A stretch of DNA of 64,000 nt, from the NCBI GenBank assembly GCA_963664875.1, contig OY761611.1, positions 2,464,001 to 2,528,000 of the forward strand, written 5' to 3'. Each line of letters begins with the position of its first letter. Within the stretch, counting starts at the first letter, position 1. Below are positions 1 to 11,442 of this stretch, piece by piece. The notes below the pieces were generated by a model. It saw nothing but the letters and a program-made list of their open reading frames with translations, was not told where the DNA came from and did no database searches. Position numbers and translations under genes: made by a program. This DNA is from Candidatus Kapaibacterium sp. GTDB lineage: Bacteria; Bacteroidota; Ignavibacteria; Kapaibacteriales; UBA2268.

Positions 1-1
1 C

Positions 2-1963
2 ATAAAAGAATACGCAGAAGGCAATTTTGACGCTGTACTTAAAAAACTACCCGGCAAACAGATCATAGCAAACGAGCGTTGCGATATGCTTAGAGAAAAT
101 CTGTTGAATGTAGTTTCTGAATTAGACTCATTGGCAAAAGAAATACGACACGGCAATCTGAGCTACAGTTGCGACGTATCAAAATTCCGCAATGGTTGGC
201 AGGAACTGGTAGCAGGGCTAAACAACATGAAAGACTCTGTTGCCAAACCTGTAGAAGATATGAATGAGATTTTGAAAAGCGTAGCCGTTAACGATTACAA
301 AATAATTTTCTCCGATGGCTACGAAGGCATCTGGCAGGAACAACAAAACCATACAAAAGATGTAATAAGCAGACTGCAGCATATACTCAAGATAGCAGAA
401 AATGTGAGCAAAGGCAATCTGGAAGATTTGAGCCATCTGAAAAATGTAGGCAAACGCAGTAATAATGATGAACTTACACCATCATTTATCCGCATGATCG
501 AATCTATCCAAATGCTGGTAAGCGATGCTGAAGAGCTATCCAAACATGCAGCAGCAGGGGATTTGTCGCAGAGAGCAGATATAGAAAAACACAGCGGCGA
601 ATTTGCCAATGTCATAGGAGGCTTCAATAAAACAATAGACAATTTGGTAACACCACTCCGCATAGCAGCATCATTTGCCGATGCAATCAGCAAGGGCGAC
701 CAATTTGAAGCCTTGACGGATGATTACCATGGCGAATACAAAGCAATGGCAGACAATATCAACACCTGCATAGAAGTACTCAACAGATTCTCACAAGACA
801 TCTATGATCAGACAGAAGCCTCAATTAACGGTCAGCTTGGAGTGAGAACTGATATTAGCCGCTACACAGGAGCATGGCGAGGCATGGTCGAAGGTATGAA
901 CAACATAATGGATGCAATGTCTAAGCCTCTGAATGAAGCAGGAAAAGTGCTGGAAGTACTTGCCGCAGGTGATTTAAGGTCAAGAATGCAAGGCAATTAC
1001 GAAGGTGAATTTGACAAGTTGAGTATGAACATCAACCGCCTTGGCGATTCACTGCAGGACTTGATAAGGAATGTAATAGAAGTAGTAAATGCAGTATCGG
1101 AAGCATCTAACGAAATAAATTCTAACTCAAACACAGTAGCGACAGCATCGCAGGAGCAAAGTTCGCAGGCAGAAGAAATCGCAACAGCGATAGAGCAGAT
1201 GGCAAGGACGGTAACAGAAAATGCAGACAATGCCGGCAAAACTTCAGTGGAAGCGAAGAACAACGGTCAGATAGCCAAAGAGGGCGGTAGCATAGTCAGC
1301 CAGACAGTAACTAAGATGCAGGATATAGCCACAGTGGTAAGGCAGTCAGCCGAAAATATCCAAAAGCTCGGTGAATCCAGCAAGCAAATAGGGCAGATAA
1401 TATCTGTAATCGACGAGATAGCAGACCAGACAAATCTATTGGCGCTTAATGCAGCAATAGAAGCCGCTCGTGCCGGAGAGCAGGGCAGAGGTTTTGCAGT
1501 AGTAGCCGATGAGGTCCGAAAACTTGCCGAACGCACAACGGAAGCTACCAAACAAATAGCAACCATGATTAAAGGAGTGCAGGAAGAGACTGAGGGAGCT
1601 GTCGGTATTATGAAAAAAGGAAACGACGAAGTAAAACAGGGCATAGACTTAGCAGACCAGGCAGGCAAATCGCTTTCTAACATAGTAGGCTCTACAAATC
1701 ATGTGATAGAAATGATAATGCAGATAGCCGCAGCCAGCGAAGAGCAATCAGCGACAACCGAGCAAATAGCTAAAAACATAACAGCAATTTCATCAGTGTC
1801 GCAGGAGACTGCAGAGCAAATATCATTTATAGCAGAAGCTGCAACCCGAATGAGCGAATACACATCGCAGCTCAATCTTGTTGTCAATCAATTTAAAATA
1901 GACGAAGAAGAGGATTTTAGAGCTTTGCCCGGCAGCGGTCGGAAACATCTAATGCCTCACTAA
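2..1963 (+). CDS. Methyl-accepting chemotaxis protein with poly-HAMP region (5'-truncated by window edge)
   Basis: Frame is open from base 2. MCP signalling hairpin [40 protein letters not shown], preceded by several HAMP-like repeats. Confidence 0.95.
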   Translation: MKEYAEGNFDAVLKKLPGKQIIANERCDMLRENLLNVVSELDSLAKEIRHGNLSYSCDVSKFRNGWQELVAGLNNMKDSVAKPVEDMNEILKSVAVNDYKIIFSDGYEGIWQEQQNHTKDVISRLQHILKIAENVSKGNLEDLSHLKNVGKRSNNDELTPSFIRMIESIQMLVSDAEELSKHAAAGDLSQRADIEKHSGEFANVIGGFNKTIDNLVTPLRIAASFADAISKGDQFEALTDDYHGEYKAMADNINTCIEVLNRFSQDIYDQTEASINGQLGVRTDISRYTGAWRGMVEGMNNIMDAMSKPLNEAGKVLEVLAAGDLRSRMQGNYEGEFDKLSMNINRLGDSLQDLIRNVIEVVNAVSEASNEINSNSNTVATASQEQSSQAEEIATAIEQMARTVTENADNAGKTSVEAKNNGQIAKEGGSIVSQTVTKMQDIATVVRQSAENIQKLGESSKQIGQIISVIDEIADQTNLLALNAAIEAARAGEQGRGFAVVADEVRKLAERTTEATKQIATMIKGVQEETEGAVGIMKKGNDEVKQGIDLADQAGKSLSNIVGSTNHVIEMIMQIAAASEEQSATTEQIAKNITAISSVSQETAEQISFIAEAATRMSEYTSQLNLVVNQFKIDEEEDFRALPGSGRKHLMPH

Positions 1964-1997
1964 ATCTTCTCAGCTTTTTGCTATTCTTAAAACTTAT

Positions 1998-2039
1998 AAC
2001 TACTCTTGGCTTTTTTTGAGTGCCGAGAGTAGTTTTTTT
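1998..2039 (+). terminator. Intrinsic terminator after MCP
   Basis: AACTACTCTTGGC ... GCCGAGAGTAGTT stem followed by a T run. Confidence 0.8.
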
Positions 2040-2117
2040 ATAGATTTAGGCAATATTCAGGGGCTCTGTTTGTCATGTATATGTATTAGTAAGAAATAAT
2101 ATATCAGGATTATTCCA

Positions 2118-2528
2118 ATGTCAGAAACAAATAAAGACAAACTTATTAAAGTGCTTAAAGCCTGGCAGCACATAGAAGACGATGCAGTCAAAAGCACCAC
2201 CGAAATTATAAGAAGCACTACTAATCCTCTTGTGCAGATAGTCATGGAAGTTATCCGACAGGATTCGGTGATGCACCGACGAGTACAACAGCTGATTATA
2301 GACAGCTTCGATAAATACGAAATTTCAATGAGCAAAGAGGAGTTAGACGAATTTTGGCACCTCATCGAAGAGCATGACGAAATGGAGCATAAAGTTATCA
2401 ATCTTGCTAAAGAAGCTATGCAGGAATCAGAAAATGAATTTGCTAATTATTTATTAGAGTACTTATTGCACGATGAAGAAAAGCACGATAAGTTACTTGC
2501 GAACCTTACAAAACTGAAAAATAAATAG
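2118..2528 (+). CDS. Ferritin-like four-helix-bundle protein
   Basis: Two helix pairs with E...(D/E)xxxH-type motifs (QDSVMH, HDEEKH). 136 aa, highly helical. Confidence 0.65.
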   Translation: MSETNKDKLIKVLKAWQHIEDDAVKSTTEIIRSTTNPLVQIVMEVIRQDSVMHRRVQQLIIDSFDKYEISMSKEELDEFWHLIEEHDEMEHKVINLAKEAMQESENEFANYLLEYLLHDEEKHDKLLANLTKLKNK

Positions 2529-2604
2529 CAAACTTCTGTATATAAGATGCTATTTTTCTATAACGTTTTACAAAGAGTTGCATCTATTCCTTGAATTTAG
2601 AAAA

Positions 2605-2649
2605 CGGGATGTGATTTTAAAAAGTTGTATCTTTAACAATCACATCCCG
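2605..2649. terminator. Inverted repeat between convergent genes
   Basis: CGGGATGTGATT / AATCACATCCCG 12-bp stem with a 21-nt loop. Confidence 0.55.
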
Positions 2650-2716
2650 GAATTTTATTCTATTAAGAACAAGGAATAGAGCAGACAGAGTTTGTTTACA
2701 CTACCCTGCCTTTCCC

Positions 2717-5700
2717 TTATCGAACAGTAACTTTTTCACCGGCTACGTAAGATCTAAACGAACCGTCATACATTGCATCTGCAGACAACACACCCTGACT
2801 GTAGGTTCCTTTTGTAACTGCACGGCATTTATAATAAAACTTTTTGGAAGTCTTATTTGGAGTAAGTGAAGTAAATAAGTTTACTCTGTCATCTCGCAAA
2901 TCAGTATAGTCTGCTGCGGAGTTACTCATCCAAGACAAAGTCGGAGTCTCCTGATATAGACGTTCGTTTACTATTTCGAGACCTGCAGGCAACATGTCAG
3001 TAATTGCAATATTTTCTATATAAGAATTTTGATTGAGCATTTTTAGTTCTAATTCCACAACAACAAATTGACCAACTTCGAAGTCCGGCTTTAGCTTATT
3101 GCCGTTTCTGTCGTAGTATGTCCTGCGAATACTTATTTTACTGTCGGTTTCCTTTACTTTACTGCTTTTTGTGAGTCCCTGTGCTTCATAATAGTAATAC
3201 AAATCGCCTTTGCCGGTAGATTTAACTTGTGCATTCTTGCCTTTTAGATATATAGACACATAGTTGTTCGCACCGAGAGATACACTTTTACTTCCGTATG
3301 TAATAATTCCATTAGCATCACTGCTTATAGTTTTTTGCGACAATTTTCCAAGAGACATCACTGCAAAAGCAAGATCGTTTGTAGAAAGATAATCCCTCTG
3401 ATTTATTTCTTTTGCCAAATCTTTTGCTAAGCCCGGTATTCGGTCATTTGAAGGATCGGTTTCTATTAATACCATCAGAGATATAGCCATATTGCGAACA
3501 TACGAACTGAAACTGCCTCCTGTTTCATTACCATTGTCTTGAAACTTATCCGAATTAGAGAGTATTTCTTTGGCGGACTTTTTATCTCCCGAAGCCAAGA
3601 AAGCTCCTGCTAACATATATTTGGAATCTAATGTCAGTTGCGATTGCATTTCCTTTATTTTATTCAACGCAGAGCTATTGTATCTTCCTGAAAGAGCAAG
3701 TACGTAAAGACCATATACGGTTCTTCTTGGGAAGAATGATTTGTATTCGGTTTTACCGTTTTGTTCAGTTACATAAGTAACAGTCGCATAAGATATTGCA
3801 CTCGATTCTATATAATCAAGTAGTTTTGAAATAATAGATTCATCTACATTATATCCCTGCTTTTTTGCTTCTACCATAAAATGTGCAGCATAAACTGAGA
3901 CCCATTTATCTGACTCGTAGCTACTGCTCCAATACTTAATGCCACCATCCCAATTCTGCAAAGTAGATAGTTTTATAATTGCTGCATTTACATTTTTGCT
4001 CGCTACTTTCAAACTGTTTTTATTGTCCGGCAAATCGCTTAACGGCAGCAAATCAGCAAAGTAGATTTGTGGAAACGCTTTGGAAATAGTTTGCTCTGCA
4101 CACCCGTGCGGATATTCTATTAGTTTGTACATCTTATCTACGTGTTCGAGCAAAGGAGATTTGGAAATAATTACCTTAGCAGAGTGTGTTTGTGGTATAA
4201 AATCATCTAACAAATCAAGCTCTACTAGATCTCCGTTTGTTATAGAAGCAAACTTGGTCTTTTTGATTAGTCCGGATGCAGCTTGTATATTGATATAAGT
4301 TTTATGCTCGAAAGTTTCTCCGTGTGCTTTAGTTTTAATAGTAATCAGTTCCTCTCCCAATGCAGAAAGTGCTTCTACCGGGAAATTGACTCTTATCTGC
4401 CCAAGTTTATCCAATTTTGTTTTAATTTTTGATTCTCCGGTCAACTTCAAATTTTTAGATAGCACTACTTCAACTTCGCAATTACTTTGTTTGTTTTCTG
4501 TATTCCTAACGGTAACTGCCATGTCGAACTGATCTTTTGGATAAAGGAATCTCGGAACCGATGCATTGATTACTACAGGGTCCGCTACTTTCATGGCATT
4601 GTCAGCAGCTCCGAAAGATTTGCCTTTATATGCCTGAGCCATTATTCTTACTTCTCCTGCAAATTGAGGTATATCTAACGGAACTTCTGCGGAACCTGAA
4701 GAGTTTGTTTTGATGATTCCACTCCAAGATGCAAGCAGATTGACTCTTTTGTTTGCCAACGGGTTCTCAGTAAGATTTAGCCTGTCCTTCATCTCGAAGC
4801 CGCCTGCTCCTGAGTGTGAAGTCGCAATTTTTAATTCAGGATAGAGCTTTTTGTATAGACTGTAAGTGCTAACATTCAGATTCATAGGACTATAAAAGAA
4901 CTTGTAAGGGTCGGGAGTTTTGTAGTTGTTTATCTGTAGTATGCCTTCATCAACAGCTGCAACTGTAAGCATTACTTCCTCGTTCTTTCTATCTGTTTTT
5001 ATTTTGATAGTTTGATGAGTTTTAGAGCGCACTTTTTCAGGAGCTTCTATTGATAAGTTGATTTTATATTCCTTTTTCCTTACATCAATTGATTTTACCC
5101 CGGTTGCTACTGTAATCGGTATAGCTTGGTTGTCAACCGGTCTGTATAGTATAGCCGATATATATACATTTGGTAGATAGTCCTCGTGCAAATCTATAAT
5201 CATAGAAGCAGTTTTGTTTTTGACTTCTAATATTTTTGACTCATAAACATCATTCCGTTCAAGACTGACTAGCATCTTTCCGTCGAAAGGAGCTTTGAAA
5301 AGAACTTTGCATTTTTCCTGAAGTAGGTACTCTTCTTTATCGGTTTCAATTGTAATCTTACCTTCTTTATCTACTTCTACGTTTTCAGAAGAATTGCCCC
5401 AACCGTTCCAATCATAACAATAGAATGATTTTGCCACATAATTGGCTCCGAGCGGAGAAGAAATTCTTACTTCATAGCTTCCATAATCTTCGGGAGTGAA
5501 GGTGTACTTAGTTTGCTTGTCATAAATTGTAACTGTCTTTTCTTCTATCACCTTTTCTTCTTTCTGCGATGAATATTTGAGATTACCATCGCTATCCTTG
5601 ACCATGATGTTATGCCAAATATTTTTGATTAGAGTGATTTTTGCTTGAGTTTGTGGCACCGGATTCCCTTTTTGATTTACTGCAGCAAGCGGCACTTCGA

Positions 5701-8161
5701 TTGGTTTATTGGTGCTGTAGTAATAGTCTGTCTCTCCAAGTCCGTAGTAAATTTCCTGAGTAAATACATCAAGATTTTTGTTTTTATAGACAGGACGTCC
5801 GTTTTCATCAAATACAGTAAGAAACACATTACAATTTAAGATTCCGTTATTTACTAATGTATTGCTGATTTGGTAAGTATTGCCAATCTTACCATTTGTG
5901 TCTGTTGAGTCAGTGAATATATCAGTTCGCAAATTTCTGAAAATCTCTTCGTTACCGTCACTCAATTCGTTTTCTAAATTAAAGTGATAGTTTTTGTAAT
6001 CTTTGAATGAAATGCGTTTACGTCTTAGCTGATAATTTAGCTCGTACTTCATGCCGGGAGCTTCCAATCCATATAATGTTTCTACATCAGCATCTACTCT
6101 GATACTGTCATTCACCTTGTAAGATTCTTTATCTGTTCTTAGATTGATTTTAAGCTGTTCCGGCATAAATTCTTCAATTTTTACAGAGTAGCTGCCAAGC
6201 CATTCTTCTTCATTCAATTTATAATTGATGCTATAAGTGCCGGTAGGTACATTTGCAGGCATATATATTTTTTCGCTAAAGCCACCTTCTGAGTTTAGAT
6301 TTATTTTGAGTTTTTTGTATTGATTACCGGTCGGAGTAATTATTTCAGCAGTAATCGGTACATTCGCCAATGTGTTCAATTTATTATCTCGAACAATACC
6401 TGCAATGACTAAAGTATCGCCAGGACGATAAAGCCGTCTGTCTCCGTAAGCAAATGTTCTGTATTTATTAGGGAGATTGTCAAAAACATTAAAATCATGA
6501 ATTTGATGGCGATTATCATAGCTAAGCTGAAGATAATTTATATCATTACCTGCAGCAGCATAAACAAGCGATGGCAGCACAGCAATTCCGCCACTTTGCT
6601 TATAATTTTTAATAACCGCCACGCCCTGAGAGTTTGTTTTAGCTGAATAGTGCTTTTGGTTTTTACTGCTAATTATTCCAACAGTAGCATTTGACATTGG
6701 TGAAGCAGAGCTGAGCGAATTGACATATACATACAAATCGTTTTCGCTCATTTTTGTTATGATACCTAAGTTTGAGAGAGCAATAAGCTGATTATCGTAA
6801 AGACTATATCTATTTTCAGGGTCAAATATATTTATTACATAAATTCCAGTTTTAGATATATCAAAAGTAGGATTGAAATTGAATATCTTAGTATTGCCTT
6901 GTGTCGGCATCTTGCTTACTTCGTAGGTCTTTTCGAAGATTTTATCTCCGTAAGAACCGGTTCGGTAGCGCTGTATATCATAATAATCGCCGTTTTTGTA
7001 GTAATAGTCATAATATACGCCGTTCTCAAAGAAATGAACTAAATTGTTTTCGTATATCTTATGGATTTCTATAGTTACTTTGTCCAATCCGGCTATATTT
7101 AACCCGATATTCTTGCTGCCATTTCCTAAAAGGTACATACTCCCCTTTGAGGAAAAACTAACTGCAGGCTCCGGCTCTTCAAAAGTAAAATAGTGTGAAT
7201 AGTCTTCTTTTAAGCTTTTGTTGTAAATACTTTTCAGAGATTTTTCTATAGCGATGTTGTATGTTTTACCATATTCAAAGTTACCTTTGATAAAAAGTCC
7301 AAATTTTTCTATTGTCATATCAAATTTTACTTCGGGATCGAATTTAATTTTGGACATAGAAACGCTTTCAGAGACCAATTCCTGATTAAAAAACAGCTTT
7401 AAACCTTTCGTATCAAAATCGTTGATGATGCCTACTTTACTTATTTCCAAATCATCAAGCATCGGTAATTTTGTTTTGAGTTCAATCTTTTGCTTGCTCT
7501 CCCACTTTGTATTATAAACGGAAATCCATTTATCTATAATAATGGTCATATCCTTACCTGCAAAATCAGGGGCATTATCAAAATTCAATTCGAACTGCAC
7601 TTTACGCTCGTAGTAGCTGTCAACACAAGAAAATGACACCTCTTTTCCATCTACTATAAATTTGATTTTTTTGCTTAAATTTTCAATATCTACATCATAG
7701 TTAAAATCTATTTCCTGCACCAACACATCTCCGGGGGAAACGCGGTTAGTCCTCCATTGATTGGTCCCAACAAGAGCCTCAAAATCCGAAGCTTTGAATT
7801 TGAAAGTTTCATTTTTGAGGCTTTTTAAACTATCGAATAATGTCAGTATATTTTTATTAAATTTGAAGGTGTATTCCTGTCCGGGTACAAGTTCTCTATA
7901 TACTTTAAGTGCAAATGTGTTTGCATTTTTCCAAGTCTGTCCGGTACTAAGCGTTGGGCTAAGCTCGAAGTATTCTTCAAAATTGTATCTATCCATAGTT
8001 GACATATCTTTCAGAGCATGGCTAAAATTAAAAGAAATCTCGTCGCCAACCATAATCATTGAATTTTCTTCCAAACTTGTAAAAGTTACAGATAGCTCGT
8101 CGTCACGGAGACAGGAACTTGCCAATAGAGCAATAAGCAAAAACAGCACTCGGATTTTCAC
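2717..8161 (-). CDS. Bacterial alpha-2-macroglobulin family lipoprotein
   Basis: Lipobox-like LLASSC, DRRLYRPGD MG domain, AAVDEGIL, thioester motif PHGCAEQ, C-terminal DMLPAGLE and CRAVTKG. GTG start preceded by AAGGTG. Confidence 0.95.
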   Translation of the reverse strand: MKIRVLFLLIALLASSCLRDDELSVTFTSLEENSMIMVGDEISFNFSHALKDMSTMDRYNFEEYFELSPTLSTGQTWKNANTFALKVYRELVPGQEYTFKFNKNILTLFDSLKSLKNETFKFKASDFEALVGTNQWRTNRVSPGDVLVQEIDFNYDVDIENLSKKIKFIVDGKEVSFSCVDSYYERKVQFELNFDNAPDFAGKDMTIIIDKWISVYNTKWESKQKIELKTKLPMLDDLEISKVGIINDFDTKGLKLFFNQELVSESVSMSKIKFDPEVKFDMTIEKFGLFIKGNFEYGKTYNIAIEKSLKSIYNKSLKEDYSHYFTFEEPEPAVSFSSKGSMYLLGNGSKNIGLNIAGLDKVTIEIHKIYENNLVHFFENGVYYDYYYKNGDYYDIQRYRTGSYGDKIFEKTYEVSKMPTQGNTKIFNFNPTFDISKTGIYVINIFDPENRYSLYDNQLIALSNLGIITKMSENDLYVYVNSLSSASPMSNATVGIISSKNQKHYSAKTNSQGVAVIKNYKQSGGIAVLPSLVYAAAGNDINYLQLSYDNRHQIHDFNVFDNLPNKYRTFAYGDRRLYRPGDTLVIAGIVRDNKLNTLANVPITAEIITPTGNQYKKLKINLNSEGGFSEKIYMPANVPTGTYSINYKLNEEEWLGSYSVKIEEFMPEQLKINLRTDKESYKVNDSIRVDADVETLYGLEAPGMKYELNYQLRRKRISFKDYKNYHFNLENELSDGNEEIFRNLRTDIFTDSTDTNGKIGNTYQISNTLVNNGILNCNVFLTVFDENGRPVYKNKNLDVFTQEIYYGLGETDYYYSTNKPIEVPLAAVNQKGNPVPQTQAKITLIKNIWHNIMVKDSDGNLKYSSQKEEKVIEEKTVTIYDKQTKYTFTPEDYGSYEVRISSPLGANYVAKSFYCYDWNGWGNSSENVEVDKEGKITIETDKEEYLLQEKCKVLFKAPFDGKMLVSLERNDVYESKILEVKNKTASMIIDLHEDYLPNVYISAILYRPVDNQAIPITVATGVKSIDVRKKEYKINLSIEAPEKVRSKTHQTIKIKTDRKNEEVMLTVAAVDEGILQINNYKTPDPYKFFYSPMNLNVSTYSLYKKLYPELKIATSHSGAGGFEMKDRLNLTENPLANKRVNLLASWSGIIKTNSSGSAEVPLDIPQFAGEVRIMAQAYKGKSFGAADNAMKVADPVVINASVPRFLYPKDQFDMAVTVRNTENKQSNCEVEVVLSKNLKLTGESKIKTKLDKLGQIRVNFPVEALSALGEELITIKTKAHGETFEHKTYINIQAASGLIKKTKFASITNGDLVELDLLDDFIPQTHSAKVIISKSPLLEHVDKMYKLIEYPHGCAEQTISKAFPQIYFADLLPLSDLPDNKNSLKVASKNVNAAIIKLSTLQNWDGGIKYWSSSYESDKWVSVYAAHFMVEAKKQGYNVDESIISKLLDYIESSAISYATVTYVTEQNGKTEYKSFFPRRTVYGLYVLALSGRYNSSALNKIKEMQSQLTLDSKYMLAGAFLASGDKKSAKEILSNSDKFQDNGNETGGSFSSYVRNMAISLMVLIETDPSNDRIPGLAKDLAKEINQRDYLSTNDLAFAVMSLGKLSQKTISSDANGIITYGSKSVSLGANNYVSIYLKGKNAQVKSTGKGDLYYYYEAQGLTKSSKVKETDSKISIRRTYYDRNGNKLKPDFEVGQFVVVELELKMLNQNSYIENIAITDMLPAGLEIVNERLYQETPTLSWMSNSAADYTDLRDDRVNLFTSLTPNKTSKKFYYKCRAVTKGTYSQGVLSADAMYDGSFRSYVAGEKVTVR

Positions 8162-8430
8162 AGGACACCTTTAGGGAATTTTTTTGGAAATAATATAATA
8201 GTAGAAGTAGTTCTAAAATATAAAATATTATACAATTTTTATTATATAATATTATTATAACGGAAATAAATCTAATAAGGTTACGCAAAATTACTTAATT
8301 TCGAGTAGTATTTTAGATGGGCTTATGCTAAAGCAAATATTTAGCTTAGAAACGCTAAGCAAAGGCCATTAAAAAAACCTATCTATTGCTTTTAGTAGGC
8401 ACAAAATTAGCATTTGGTCGAAGAATTTAG

Positions 8431-9180
8431 TTATTTAGAAATTGATTTATTTACTTTATCGAAAAGCCAATCAGGAAGGCATTTGAGCAGATTTGTTAAT
8501 ATCCTCATTCTAAATGGGAAGTCTATATGACGTTTCTTTTTGTATAGTGCTCTACAGATAAGATCAGCGGCCTTGTCAGTTTCCATCAAAAACGGCATTT
8601 TAAAATTGTTGCGGGCAGTAATCCCGGATTTGACAAATCCCGGACGGATGGTTGAAATTGTAATGCCCTTCGGCTCTAATTCTGCACGAGCGGATTCTAA
8701 TGCTATAGTCAGAGCTGCCTTGCCCGCACCGTAAGGAGCAGAGCCTGCAAATCCCCTAACGTCAGCCATAGAGCTAACTACAGCTATCATACCATTGTTT
8801 GCATTCAGCATGTCGGGTAATAAAAGTTCCATTGCATCTATTACAGAAAAGAAGTTTGTTGCCATGACATCATCAAAAGTTTTTCTGTCTGGCTTGGCAA
8901 AGAAATATTTACCTCCTATTCCGCTGTTTAAAACTGCTATATCGATTTTACCCAAATTACTCAAAGCAGACATAATTCCATCTTTGAGTTGAGTTTTAAT
9001 AGTTACGTCACATTTTTGATAATTAGCTGTTGCCAAGCCTCGAGAATTAATATCTACACAGATAGCATCTAATGCAGTTTCATTTCTGGCGAGTAGAAAC
9101 AAATTGTGAGAGTTGGCTGCAAACCTATAAGCCAAGGCTTTACCTATGCCTGAGCTTGCCCCTGTTATTAAAATATTCAT
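8431..9180 (-). CDS. Short-chain dehydrogenase/reductase
   Basis: TGASSGIG Rossmann motif, YGAGK catalytic YxxxK, IRPGFV. Confidence 0.93.
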   Translation of the reverse strand: MNILITGASSGIGKALAYRFAANSHNLFLLARNETALDAICVDINSRGLATANYQKCDVTIKTQLKDGIMSALSNLGKIDIAVLNSGIGGKYFFAKPDRKTFDDVMATNFFSVIDAMELLLPDMLNANNGMIAVVSSMADVRGFAGSAPYGAGKAALTIALESARAELEPKGITISTIRPGFVKSGITARNNFKMPFLMETDKAADLICRALYKKKRHIDFPFRMRILTNLLKCLPDWLFDKVNKSISK

Positions 9181-9401
9181 AGCAACAACCTTTGAAGTGA
9201 GTTCGCATCACAAATTAGTCAAAATGATAATAGATAAAAAATTGAAATCAAATTGCAAAGGAAAAAGAGATGTCCGGATAAGTGCTATAGTTAGATTTCC
9301 AAATGCAACAGCTACTTTTTATAATAATATTGAAACAAGAAATTTGTAACTTAGCATGATTATAATTTACATATACAATGTAAAATAAATGGAATTTAGA
9401 G

Positions 9402-11249
9402 ATGCAAAACTACCTAAAATACTTACTGATTGCTATTGTATCCGTAGTAATTTATGCTTCTTCACTTGATTATGAAGCAGTCAAATGCGACGATACTCGG
9501 CTTATAGAGCACTACACGGATAAAAACAACACTCAAAACACATTCTTTTCCGAATTTACCAAATCTTATATGAATACTGATTATTATAGACCTTTGGTAA
9601 ATATAAGCTTCCGATTAGATGCTGCAATCTTCGGCGATGATGCCGGCGATTACCACAAACTAAATATTGCATTGCATATCATATTTTGTATTCTTTTATA
9701 TATTACAGTATCGAGACTTAGTGACAGTGAAACCTTGGCTCTGATTGCAGCAATGATATATGCAGCACATCCCATGTTTGCGAATGCAGTGGCTTGGATA
9801 CCGGGAAGAAACGATATAATGCTTGGTGTTTTTGGGCTTTCAGCGTTTCTCTTTTTTGATAATTATATAGACAGCAAAAAAACTAAAGACCTCGTTTTAA
9901 ATACAGTATTTTTACTTTTTGCTTTGTTTTCTAAGGAAACTGCAATTGTGTTGCCTTTCTTGTTTTTGACCTATATGTTCATTAGGCAGTCTAAATCTCT
10001 AAATTGGAAAACACATAGATTGCTGTATATAGCATGGGCTTCCGCAATTATTTTTTGGTTGATTCTTTTGTTTTCTGCGGAAAAGGGTGAAAGTGCAAAT
10101 ATCTTTGGGTTTGGTGTATTCTTTTCAAACTTGAGAGTAATCTCTGAGTATTTATCCGGATTTATTATTCCAACAGACTTATCTGTTTTGCCTACTTACT
10201 CAATGTTTTCTTCGCTTCTTGGAAGTATCTTATTACTGGGATTTGCTGCTTGGATATTTTTTGCAGATACGGAAAACAAAAAAATGGCAGGATGGGCGTT
10301 GTTGTGGTTTATTTTGCTAATCCTTCCTACAACGATTTTCAAAAGAGGGAATGCAGACGAATGGAATGACTATTTGTATTGTCGTGCTTATCTTCCGCTC
10401 GCCGGCATTGTGATGATGCTGTCAATTTTGATAAAAGATAAAGTAAAAAATCTAAATAAAATGATGTTATTCTCCATAGGCTTACTCCCGATTTTACTTT
10501 TGGCTTATATCAACTATAATCATAGCGAGGCGTATTCCTCACCTGTTAATTTTTATGACAATGCCATATCAAAAGACAGCACAAGAGCATACTATTATCA
10601 AATCATAGGCAACTATTTCACCGAGAAAGGCAAATTTGAAAAAGCACAAGCTTATTTCGAAAAAGCTGCGGGAAATCAGGAAGGCTATTACAAGAGACAT
10701 TTTCAGTTAGGCGAAATAGCTATGATGAAAAAAGAATACAGCAAAGCAATTGGTCACTACAAAGATGCTTTAAGGCTCAAGCCTGATGAGAAAAATTTGA
10801 TGTTTGCACTCTCACAAGCATACATTAGTGCGGTTCAGACCGATAGTGCAAAATCAGTATGGACACAGATGACAGAGAAGTTCCCTGATTCTCCTGAGGC
10901 ATATTTTGAGCTTTTCAACCTTGCCCTTATGAATTTCGACTATGATATGATAGACAAATATGGGAAAGCGATTGTAAAAGCCAAATTTCAGAATAAGGTT
11001 CTTTCCGGCAGACTTAATGCGGTAGCACAAGAAGCATTCAAAGAAAAAGCTCTCAGAGACGCAGTGTTTTTTTGGGACTATGCCTATGCTATGGATACGG
11101 CTAACTATAAACTGTTGAAGTATATTTCCGGGACATACTATGTTTTGTTAGAAAAAGATTCTACAAGGAAATACTATAATCTGTTCAAGGAAAAAGGCGG
11201 ATCTTTTTCCCAGGCAGAGGAAGATACATATACTAAATTTTTGAATTAG
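9402..11249 (+). CDS. TMTC-like GT-C membrane glycosyltransferase with C-terminal TPR repeats
   Basis: DD motif after the first TM helix, YYRPL, HP..A.AV.WI.GRND, SKETA. About 10 TM helices followed by TPR-like repeats. Confidence 0.8.
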   Translation: MQNYLKYLLIAIVSVVIYASSLDYEAVKCDDTRLIEHYTDKNNTQNTFFSEFTKSYMNTDYYRPLVNISFRLDAAIFGDDAGDYHKLNIALHIIFCILLYITVSRLSDSETLALIAAMIYAAHPMFANAVAWIPGRNDIMLGVFGLSAFLFFDNYIDSKKTKDLVLNTVFLLFALFSKETAIVLPFLFLTYMFIRQSKSLNWKTHRLLYIAWASAIIFWLILLFSAEKGESANIFGFGVFFSNLRVISEYLSGFIIPTDLSVLPTYSMFSSLLGSILLLGFAAWIFFADTENKKMAGWALLWFILLILPTTIFKRGNADEWNDYLYCRAYLPLAGIVMMLSILIKDKVKNLNKMMLFSIGLLPILLLAYINYNHSEAYSSPVNFYDNAISKDSTRAYYYQIIGNYFTEKGKFEKAQAYFEKAAGNQEGYYKRHFQLGEIAMMKKEYSKAIGHYKDALRLKPDEKNLMFALSQAYISAVQTDSAKSVWTQMTEKFPDSPEAYFELFNLALMNFDYDMIDKYGKAIVKAKFQNKVLSGRLNAVAQEAFKEKALRDAVFFWDYAYAMDTANYKLLKYISGTYYVLLEKDSTRKYYNLFKEKGGSFSQAEEDTYTKFLN

Positions 11250-11442
11250 GATAGGCTCCTTTTGAACCGTGTCTTCTGAATTGTCTGTAAATTGTTTACC
11301 AAGCTTTATCGATAAAAAAGGTGATTTGCGGGAGAGTCTCGGCTTTGCTATTTTCTTTGGTCCAAAATTTTTGAAAATAGCAGTTTTATCTGTATTTTTT
11401 GGAAAAAGTAAATAAACATATTTCAAAAGTAAAAAGTTTATT

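Noticed and set aside
8396-8412. GG-N10-GC sigma-54-like site (AGGCACAAAATTAGCA)
   Set aside because: Points antisense into the 3' end of the SDR gene with no gene to drive.
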